This document shows, in pieces, positions 7,800 through 15,130 of a stretch of DNA of 36,358 nt. The notes under the pieces were generated by a model. That model was not told the origin of the DNA. It did not search any database and worked only from the letters and a program-made list of their open reading frames with translations. The position numbers and the translations under genes were made by a program. This DNA comes from a bacterium (GTDB lineage: Bacteria; Patescibacteriota; Minisyncoccia; Phycocordibacterales; UBA5272). The first letter of the stretch is position 1. Each line of letters starts with the position of its first letter. The DNA lies in NCBI GenBank assembly GCA_027482685.1, contig JAIXVU010000002.1:85352-121709 (forward strand). Reading direction: 5' to 3'.

Positions 7800-9848
7800 A
7801 TGTCAAGCAACTCAAATAAATCACAAGGAACTTTTAACCTCAAAGGCTTCACACCAGCAGGTGATCAACCAAAAGCTATCGCAGGACTTGTTGATGGTCT
7901 AAAAAAAGGCATGGCTCGTCAGACACTGCTTGGTGCAACAGGAACAGGTAAGACATTCACTATTGCAAATGTGATACAGCAGGTGCAAAAACCAACACTT
8001 GTGATAGCTCACAACAAAACACTTGCTGCTCAGCTTGCTCAAGAGTTTCGTACGTTTTTCCCAGATGCGGCGGTGCATTACTTTGTATCCTACTACGATT
8101 ATTATCAGCCGGAGGCGTACATGCCTGTTACAGATACGTATATAGAAAAAGACGCACAGATAAATGAAGAGATAGATAGATTACGTCACGCATCAACACA
8201 AGCACTTCTTACCAGAAAAGATACTATTATTGTTGCATCAGTATCGTGTATCTATGGTCTTGGATCACCAGCTGACTATGAGAGAGAAAATATCAAGCTT
8301 GCTGTTGGAGATGCATTTTCAAAAGTAGACCTCATGCAGAGGCTCGTCGGTATTCAGTATGAACGTACAACAGCTGATCTTTCACCAGGGACATTTCGTG
8401 CTCTTGGTAACAGGGTTGATATCATGCCAATATCAGAGACGATTATGTTACAAGTAGAAATCGCTGGAGGAAAGATTGCTCATATGCAAGTTGTTGATCC
8501 GGTATCCATGAAGCTTATGAAAGTAGTGGAGGATTATTTTATATTTCCAGCGAAGCACTTTATATCTGATGTACCAACACGAGAGCGTGCTGTACAGACT
8601 ATAGAAGCAGAATTAAAAGAACAGTTAGCTTACTTTGAAAAAGAAGGTAAGGTGCTTGAGCCAGAACGACTCAAGCGTCGTACACGGTATGATGTTGCGA
8701 TGATAAAAGAAGTTGGATTCTGCCAAGGGATAGAGAATTATTCAAGACATTTATCGGGTAAAGCACCAGGGGTTGCACCTGATACTCTCCTTGAGTATTT
8801 TCCACATGATAAAAATGGCAAGCCTGAGTTTCTAACTATTATCGATGAGTCTCACGTAACGCTTCCACAACTTCATGGAATGTATGCAGGAGATCAGTCT
8901 CGAAAGAATACGTTAGTGGAGTATGGTTTTAGATTACCGAGCGCTAAAGACAACCGCCCGCTACGTTATGAGGAGTTTGAGACTAGAGTAGGAGATGTTA
9001 TTTATGTGAGTGCTACTCCGGGGAATTTTGAACGTACCGAGTCAGCACAGATTGTAGAGCAGATTATCCGTCCAACAGGGTTGCTCGATCCAGTGCTAGA
9101 TGTCCGTAAAGTTGGCCAAGCGGGGAGTTATAAAGGTCAAGTGCATGATTTTATCGATGAAGTGGTAAAGGATGTGAAGACGGGTGGACGAGTACTCGCA
9201 ACCACACTTACCAAGAAGATGGCGGAGAGTCTCTCTGAATATCTCAAAGAGCAGGGGATAAAGGCCGAGTATCTCCACAGCGATATCAAGACTATGGACC
9301 GTATTCAGATATTAACCAAGTTCCGTAAAGGTGAGTTTGATTGTCTGGTTGGTGTTAACTTGCTACGTGAAGGCTTAGATCTTCCTGAGGTGACGCTGAT
9401 TGGAATACTAGATGCTGACAAAGAAGGATTTCTCCGAAGCGAGACGTCTCTTATCCAGACTATTGGTCGCGCTGCGCGTAACTCACGCGGTCGAGTGATA
9501 CTCTACGCGGATAACATGACTGGGTCACTTGAGAGAGCTATTGCTGAGACTAACCGTCGTCGCGCAATACAAGAGGCATATAACAAAGAGCATGGTATCA
9601 CCCCAACAACAATAGAGAAGAATATAAAAGATATAACAGAAGAGATGCAAAGTGACCATGCAAAAGCGGTGAACGAAGAGTTGCGAGTAGATGAGAAGTT
9701 ATTTGCAAAGAATCCTGACAAACTTATTCGTCTAAAAGAGAAAGCAATGAAAGAAGCGGTGAAGATATTAGACTTCGAAACTGCAGCAATTCTGCGTGAT
9801 GAGATAGAGTTTCTTAAGAATAAAATGGATAATAAGGCTGATAAATAA
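7800..9848 (+). CDS. uvrB: Excinuclease ABC subunit B
   Basis: The 682-aa product has the helicase motifs GATGTGKT and DESH, the segments YYDYYQPEAY and QTIGRAARN, and a C-terminal UVR domain (FETAAILRDEIEFLK). Confidence 0.97.
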   Translation: MSSNSNKSQGTFNLKGFTPAGDQPKAIAGLVDGLKKGMARQTLLGATGTGKTFTIANVIQQVQKPTLVIAHNKTLAAQLAQEFRTFFPDAAVHYFVSYYDYYQPEAYMPVTDTYIEKDAQINEEIDRLRHASTQALLTRKDTIIVASVSCIYGLGSPADYERENIKLAVGDAFSKVDLMQRLVGIQYERTTADLSPGTFRALGNRVDIMPISETIMLQVEIAGGKIAHMQVVDPVSMKLMKVVEDYFIFPAKHFISDVPTRERAVQTIEAELKEQLAYFEKEGKVLEPERLKRRTRYDVAMIKEVGFCQGIENYSRHLSGKAPGVAPDTLLEYFPHDKNGKPEFLTIIDESHVTLPQLHGMYAGDQSRKNTLVEYGFRLPSAKDNRPLRYEEFETRVGDVIYVSATPGNFERTESAQIVEQIIRPTGLLDPVLDVRKVGQAGSYKGQVHDFIDEVVKDVKTGGRVLATTLTKKMAESLSEYLKEQGIKAEYLHSDIKTMDRIQILTKFRKGEFDCLVGVNLLREGLDLPEVTLIGILDADKEGFLRSETSLIQTIGRAARNSRGRVILYADNMTGSLERAIAETNRRRAIQEAYNKEHGITPTTIEKNIKDITEEMQSDHAKAVNEELRVDEKLFAKNPDKLIRLKEKAMKEAVKILDFETAAILRDEIEFLKNKMDNKADK

Positions 9849-9911
9849 GTGTTTTTTAACTTTTTTCGGCACTTTGCAAGTATTTTGTAGTAGGCGTATA
9901 CTAAGGAGCAT

Positions 9912-10448
9912 ATGAAAAGAAATATAGTGATTCTGGTTGGACTTATTATTATAGTAGGTGGAGCATACATGTATTCAAAGAGAGAGAAGGTAACGGAAGT
10001 AAAGAATGAAGTGAAGCAAGAGGTAACAACAGAGGCATCAATGAAGTCTATTACCGGTGATGTGGTGAGGGTGTTTAAAGGAGAACAGAAGCTTGAATAT
10101 AGTCTTTCAATTCCTGAGACTGCTTCAACAAGTCTTGATATGAACAAAGCGCTTCTTCGTATCACCGATGGAGGAAAACTACTCGCGACAGTATACTTTA
10201 GTTTCGAGGGACAGCGTGGGTATTCTGCAAGTAAGTATATTGACGATGTTATTGCGCCACAAGTTCAAGTCATCACTCCTGTAGGTGAGGCTATGATAGG
10301 TAACACAATGTGGTACAAAGGTGCATCTGATGTATCTGAGTGGCATATTGCAACTATAAGTGGAGGTAAGTGGCTTGTTGTAGTAGAGAGTAAAAAAGCA
10401 GATTCACAAATTGCTCAAAAAATACTTTCTAGTTTCAGTGTGAAATAG
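9912..10448 (+). CDS. Hypothetical membrane-anchored extracytoplasmic protein
   Basis: The 178-aa product has an N-terminal TM anchor (IVILVGLIIIVGGAYMY). AAGGAG lies 4 nt upstream of the ATG. I recognise no family. Confidence 0.6.
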   Translation: MKRNIVILVGLIIIVGGAYMYSKREKVTEVKNEVKQEVTTEASMKSITGDVVRVFKGEQKLEYSLSIPETASTSLDMNKALLRITDGGKLLATVYFSFEGQRGYSASKYIDDVIAPQVQVITPVGEAMIGNTMWYKGASDVSEWHIATISGGKWLVVVESKKADSQIAQKILSSFSVK

Positions 10449-10465
10449 ATTGATGCATAGATAAT

Positions 10466-10501
10466 AAAAAATAAATGACGCTTAGGCGTCATTTATTTTT
10501 T
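10466..10501 (+). terminator. Intrinsic terminator
   Basis: A 16-bp perfect stem pairs aaaaaataaatgacgc with gcgtcatttatttttt around loop ttag. Confidence 0.7.
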
Positions 10502-10568
10502 GTAGTATCCTGTCTTCATTTAACGTTGCAAAAATGCTATACTCACTTAGTTAAGCTTCCTTTATCAT

Positions 10569-13190
10569 ATGTCATCTCCAAAAAAATCAAAAGAACCTAA
10601 TCATCTTGATAGTATCATTGTTCGCGGGGCTAGAACACATAATCTCAAAAATATTACCGTTGAGATGCCACGTCATAAAATGATTGTGTTTACTGGTCTT
10701 TCAGGATCAGGAAAATCATCACTTGCTTTTGACACGATATTTGCCGAGGGTCAACGTAGGTATGTGGAGTCACTGTCGGCGTATGCTCGGCAATTTTTGA
10801 ATCAGATGCAAAAACCAGACGTTGATGAAATTATCGGATTATCTCCTGCAATATCGATTGATCAAAAGTCCGCAGGCCGTAACCCGCGCTCAACTGTTGC
10901 TACTATAACAGAGATATATGACTATCTTCGTGTACTATACGCGCGCGTCGGTAAGCCATACTGTGTGGAGTGCGGTTCAAAAATACAAAAACTATCAAAT
11001 GACGAGATACTGCATTTTATACTAGATAAAGTAAAAGCTGTTGATTATAAGAAGATAAAGAGCGAGCTTATGGGGGTAGAGTTTTCGCATGCGGAGATTC
11101 ATATTCTCTCGCCGCTTGTTCGCGGACGAAAAGGTGAGTACTACCAGATGCTCTATGATATGTTGGGTAAAGGGTATACCGAGGCGGTAGTAGATGGAGA
11201 GCGTAAATCTCTCCGTGAGCAGATTGTTTTATCTAAGAATAAGAAACATGAGATATCTGTTGTTGTTGACTCTATTGCTCTTGATGAACTTCGTGATAAG
11301 AAGACTGAGAAAGATACGCTGATTAGATTATCCGAAGCAATTGAGCGTGCCTTGCACGAGTCTAACGGATTACTTGAGGTTGAGATCTTAGGAGAGAAGA
11401 CTATCATGAGTAACAAGTTCTCATGTGCTAACTGCGGTTTCTCATTTCCTGAGATAGAGCCTCGACTCTTTTCATTCAACTCCCCATATGGAGCATGTCC
11501 TACATGTAACGGACTAGGTACAAAATATTTTGGAGGGCTTGATGAATGTGATACATGTCATGGTAAACGACTTCGTCCTGAAGCGCTTCATGTATACCTT
11601 GATGATGTTGAGAAGATTAACATAGTTGATATAACAGCACTCTCTATTAAAGATGCACAAGAGTATTTTGCTCGATTACCACTCTCAAACAAAGAACAAG
11701 AGATAGCATCTGTGGTTATAAAAGAAATTGAATCTCGTCTAGTCTTCATGCTAAATGTTGGGCTCGACTATCTCGCACTTAACCGCAAGGCTGACACATT
11801 ATCTGGTGGAGAGGCTCAGCGTATTAGACTTGCCTCCCAGCTCGGCTCACAATTAGTTGGGGCGCTCTATGTGCTTGATGAGCCGACTATTGGACTTCAT
11901 CAGCGTGATAATGACAGGCTTATCAAGACGCTTATACATCTTCGTGATATTGGTAACACGATTATTATTGTGGAACATGATGAAGATACTATCTATGCAT
12001 CAGATTATATTATTGATATAGGTCCAAAGGCTGGTGTGCATGGTGGAGAGGTGGTGGTTGCTGGGTATCTCGATGAGCTATTAACTGCACCAAAGAACAA
12101 GTCTGGTTCTGTAACACTCGCGTATCTCCGTGGTGAGAAGGAGATAGCAGTGCCTGTGCGTCGCCAAGATGACAAAGGCACTCTTCGTATAAAAGGTGGT
12201 AATATCTTTAACATCAAGAATATGAATGTGAATGTTCCGCTTGGTCGTATGGTGTCTATCACAGGAGTGTCTGGATCAGGCAAGAGTTCATTTATGTATG
12301 AGATACTTAACCGTAACTTACTTGCACGTCTTGAGCGTAAACACAGAACAGTTAAGATTTTTAACTGTGAAGAGTTCACAGGTACTGAGTATGTATCACG
12401 TGTTGTGCTTATTGACCAAGGGGCTATCGGTCGTACCCCACGATCTAACCCTGCAACATATACTGGAGCGTGGACACATATTCGTGATCTCTTTGCAGAG
12501 AGTGAGGAGGCTCGTATCAGGGGGTGGAAGCCGTCACGATTTTCTTTCAATGTGAAAGGTGGTCGTTGTGAGGCATGTCAAGGAAATGGAGAGATTGCAG
12601 TTGAGATGCACTTTTTACCAACAGTGTATGTACAGTGTGATGTATGTCTTGGCAAACGCTTCATGAAAGAGACACTTGAAGTTAAATGGAAAGGTAAAAA
12701 TATCTATGATATTTTGAAAATGACAGTTGAGGAAGCGCTTACTTTTTTCTATGACATTCCGCAGGTCTATGACAGAGTAAAGTCTCTTGATGATGTAGGA
12801 TTAGGATATCTTGAGCTTGGACAATCCGCAACAACCCTATCAGGTGGTGAGGCGCAACGTGTGAAGATATCATCTGAGCTTTACCGACCACACGTGGAGA
12901 AAACTATTTATCTTCTTGATGAACCATCAATAGGGCTTCATTATGAAGATATTGCAAAGCTAATAGAGATACTTAACAAATTAGTTGATAAAGGTAACAC
13001 CGTAGTCTTGATTGAACATAACTTAGATATTGTGAAGTGTTCTGATCATATTATTGATATCGGGCCAGAAGGTGGAGTAGGGGGTGGGAATGTTGTCGCA
13101 ACCGGTACTCCTGAGCAAGTTGCTTCAAATCCTAAATCGTATACCGGACAGTATCTCAAGAAAATTCTTAAACGAAAGAAAGAGAAGTAG
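10569..13190 (+). CDS. uvrA: Excinuclease ABC subunit A (short form lacking the insertion domain)
   Basis: The 873-aa product has two ABC ATPase modules: GLSGSGKSS and GVSGSGKSS Walker A motifs, and two LSGGEAQR signature motifs. It also has CxxC zinc modules. Confidence 0.97.
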   Translation: MSSPKKSKEPNHLDSIIVRGARTHNLKNITVEMPRHKMIVFTGLSGSGKSSLAFDTIFAEGQRRYVESLSAYARQFLNQMQKPDVDEIIGLSPAISIDQKSAGRNPRSTVATITEIYDYLRVLYARVGKPYCVECGSKIQKLSNDEILHFILDKVKAVDYKKIKSELMGVEFSHAEIHILSPLVRGRKGEYYQMLYDMLGKGYTEAVVDGERKSLREQIVLSKNKKHEISVVVDSIALDELRDKKTEKDTLIRLSEAIERALHESNGLLEVEILGEKTIMSNKFSCANCGFSFPEIEPRLFSFNSPYGACPTCNGLGTKYFGGLDECDTCHGKRLRPEALHVYLDDVEKINIVDITALSIKDAQEYFARLPLSNKEQEIASVVIKEIESRLVFMLNVGLDYLALNRKADTLSGGEAQRIRLASQLGSQLVGALYVLDEPTIGLHQRDNDRLIKTLIHLRDIGNTIIIVEHDEDTIYASDYIIDIGPKAGVHGGEVVVAGYLDELLTAPKNKSGSVTLAYLRGEKEIAVPVRRQDDKGTLRIKGGNIFNIKNMNVNVPLGRMVSITGVSGSGKSSFMYEILNRNLLARLERKHRTVKIFNCEEFTGTEYVSRVVLIDQGAIGRTPRSNPATYTGAWTHIRDLFAESEEARIRGWKPSRFSFNVKGGRCEACQGNGEIAVEMHFLPTVYVQCDVCLGKRFMKETLEVKWKGKNIYDILKMTVEEALTFFYDIPQVYDRVKSLDDVGLGYLELGQSATTLSGGEAQRVKISSELYRPHVEKTIYLLDEPSIGLHYEDIAKLIEILNKLVDKGNTVVLIEHNLDIVKCSDHIIDIGPEGGVGGGNVVATGTPEQVASNPKSYTGQYLKKILKRKKEK

Positions 13191-13220
13191 TACGTAGTGA
13201 GGTATATATAAAAAAGAAAA

Positions 13221-13248
13221 ACGTCGCACCTCATGTTGGGTGCGACGT
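13221..13248 (-). terminator. Intrinsic terminator oriented for a minus-strand transcript
   Basis: A 10-bp stem pairs acgtcgcacc with ggtgcgacgt around a 7-8 nt loop. On the minus strand it is followed by TTTTTCTTTTT. On the plus strand it is followed only by tgtcgc. Confidence 0.6.
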
Positions 13249-13640
13249 TGTCGCATGCTCAGACGCTAGCGGTGACGACTGTCACCGTAGCGGTGTCGCC
13301 AGACACCTACAAAGGTTTCTTGTTTCGCCGATGGAGACACGAAGCACTCTGCGGTGCTTATCGCTCCCATCTGCTGTGATGGTTCAGGCTTCGTGCACGA
13401 CCGTGCATGCACGCATCTGACACCTTCTTTGTTTTGGCAGCAAGGAAGGTCTCTGCGGTTTTCTCCGGTAGTGGTATTCATTCCACCTCCATCATTGCCG
13501 GAGAGGTGTCGGGGAATTCCCGTGCGAGGATTTCCTCGCGCAAGGCTTGCGCGACCTCTGCGCTGTAGTAGCAGTCAGCACCCCCCGCGCCATGCATGTC
13601 ATCCTCAGGGGTGTCCTGTTGACGCCCAAAAATCCGAAAA
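13249..13640 (-). ncRNA. Candidate large structured RNA, family unknown (strand inferred from terminator orientation)
   Basis: This GC-rich island (33/60 and 38/60 G+C in two hand-counted lines) lies in the uvrA-uvrC spacer. It holds at least 10 perfect local helices, including a cloverleaf-like junction at 13502-13559, and the heptamer tctgcgg recurs three times. The overlapping ORFs are not protein-like. Confidence 0.4.
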
Positions 13641-13764
13641 ATTTTCATTATTGTGCCTTTCTGCGGTTTTGTTACCGCTTGGTTATAGTTTGGTTGTAGA
13701 ATGTGCGACTTCCTTATTACCTAGCGTGTGTCGCTATGTATTTGATAATAGGAAGTTACTATTG

Positions 13765-13770
13765 TACAAT
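13765..13770 (+). promoter_or_regulatory. -10 box (TACAAT) 7 nt upstream of the uvrC ATG, preceded by composite hairpin 13708-13756
   Basis: The sequence reads attgTACAATggattgcATG. The inverted repeat acttccttatta/taataggaagt encloses tagcg-tgtgt-cgcta. Confidence 0.4.
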
Positions 13771-13777
13771 GGATTGC

Positions 13778-15004
13778 ATGAAAAAGCAAGACTTAGCTAA
13801 ACTCAACCTTCCGGATTCTCCGGGGGTGTATTTTTTCCGTGATAGTGATGGAGTTATTATGTACATCGGAAAAGCAACATCGCTCAAGGATAGAGTACGT
13901 AGTTATTTCAACCCAGACCTTATTGATACGCGCGGACTACGTCTTGTGAGTATGATAATGATTGCTCACACAGTTACCCATCAGACCACAGAGAGTGTGC
14001 TTGAAGCACTTCTTCTTGAAAGCAAGCTTATTAAAGATCACACTCCACCGTACAATGTAAAAGAAAAAGATAATAAGAGTTTTAGCTGTGTTGTTATAAC
14101 TCGTGAGAAGTTTCCGCGGGTGCTTGTTATGCGTATCAGAGATTTTGAGAAGCGATTTACCAAGAAAGATACTCAGGCGGTCTACGGACCATTCGTATCC
14201 CTTCAGCAGTTACGTGACGCACTTAAGATAATTCGTAAGCTCTTCCCATTTCGAGATAGATGTGAGCCATATGATGGAGAGGGAGTCCCAAAGAAGTGTT
14301 TTAACGCGCAAATTGGCCTCTGCCCAGGGATGTGCGCCGGGCTAATTGGAGAGACGGAATACAAAAAAAATATCGCCAACATCAAGAACCTCTTCAGTGG
14401 TAAAAGGACAGAAATTAAGAAGTCATTAGAGCAACAGATGCATGAGTATGCAAAAAAATCTTTATTTGAAAAGGCTGCAAAGGTGCGTAATACGTTATTT
14501 GCATTTGATCATATAAAAGACATTAGTCTTATAAAAGACGATACTATAACGTCTTTTAAGGATACTAATTTTCGAATAGAAGCCTATGACGTTGCTCATA
14601 TTTCTGGTACGTCTCGTGTTGGTGTGATGGTAGTGATTGAAGGTAAAGAAAAAGAAAAGAGCGAGTATCGTAAGTTCAAATTACCAGAGTCCATAAATGA
14701 CGACTATGAAGGATTACGTGAAATTATTACAAGGCGTTTTTCTCATAAAGAATGGAGGTATCCAGATTTAATTGTCATAGATGGTGGGCAGGTTCATAAG
14801 CAAACAGCAGAAAAAGTTTTGGCTTCTCTCGGGCTTCTCATACCATGTGTTTCTGTAGTAAAAGATGAGCGTCATAAGCCAAAGGACATTCTGGGCGATA
14901 AAGTACATGTGGATTACCATAAAAAAGAAATACTTTTAGCTAACAATGAAGCGCATCGATTCGCAATTACCTACCACAAAACCTTGCGTGATAAGGTCAG
15001 GTAG
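13778..15004 (+). CDS. uvrC: Excinuclease ABC subunit C (short form lacking the C-terminal (HhH)2 domain)
   Basis: I moved the start to ATG 13778 (MKKQDLAKLNLPDSPGVYFF..). The product has the GIY-YIG motif (GVYFF..YIGKATSLKDRVRSYF), a UVR domain (LFEKAAKVRNTLFAF) and the endonuclease core (RIEAYDVAHISG). It ends right after EAHRFAITYHKTLRDK. Confidence 0.9.
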   Translation: MKKQDLAKLNLPDSPGVYFFRDSDGVIMYIGKATSLKDRVRSYFNPDLIDTRGLRLVSMIMIAHTVTHQTTESVLEALLLESKLIKDHTPPYNVKEKDNKSFSCVVITREKFPRVLVMRIRDFEKRFTKKDTQAVYGPFVSLQQLRDALKIIRKLFPFRDRCEPYDGEGVPKKCFNAQIGLCPGMCAGLIGETEYKKNIANIKNLFSGKRTEIKKSLEQQMHEYAKKSLFEKAAKVRNTLFAFDHIKDISLIKDDTITSFKDTNFRIEAYDVAHISGTSRVGVMVVIEGKEKEKSEYRKFKLPESINDDYEGLREIITRRFSHKEWRYPDLIVIDGGQVHKQTAEKVLASLGLLIPCVSVVKDERHKPKDILGDKVHVDYHKKEILLANNEAHRFAITYHKTLRDKVR

Positions 15005-15071
15005 TCGCACGCCTTTACCTGTGTCAAGAGTAACTCTTGACATCAAAGTGAGAGACAAAAAAGATGGCTTT

Positions 15072-15101
15072 TATACTCTGAATGTGTACACTAAACACAT
15101 T
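15072..15101 (+). promoter_or_regulatory. Candidate nrdA promoter (TATACT 15072-77) with overlapping palindromic operator AATGTGT-N7-ACACATT (15081-15101)
   Basis: The perfect 7-bp arms lie at the predicted transcription start. A second perfect palindrome, gtcaagag-taa-ctcttgac, lies at 15023-15041. Confidence 0.35.
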
Positions 15102-15130
15102 AGTAAAACAGTAATTATTCACGAGTATTT

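Noticed and set aside
9503-10165. Long antisense ORFs appear in the track: 9503..10165, 12005..12550, 4621..5178, 3010..3516, 16966..17373, 32732..33073, 23987..24277, 35685..35906, 36039..36335 and others.
   Set aside because: Each lies fully or largely opposite a confidently identified gene. Their translations are low-complexity or Ser/Ile/Arg-rich with no recognisable motifs, so they are shadow ORFs.
13249-13640. The GC-rich uvrA-uvrC element might be RNase P RNA, tmRNA, SRP RNA or a rRNA fragment.
   Set aside because: By eye I found none of the expected motifs on either strand. There is no GGAAAGUCC...ACAGNNCCGGCUUA pair, although GAGGAAAUCC at about 13526-35 on the minus strand has no complementary 3' strand. 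There is no GGGG-acceptor, GGUUCGA T-arm or CCACCA end. There is no GGAA-capped helix with AGCA. There is no plausible tag peptide ending in hydrophobic residues. A very divergent member cannot be excluded without a covariance-model search.
15081-15101. The palindrome might be an NrdR box upstream of nrdA.
   Set aside because: The half-sites TGTGT...ACACA are in the opposite arrangement to the acaCwAtATaTwGtgt consensus I recall. Only one copy is present, whereas NrdR boxes usually come in phased pairs.
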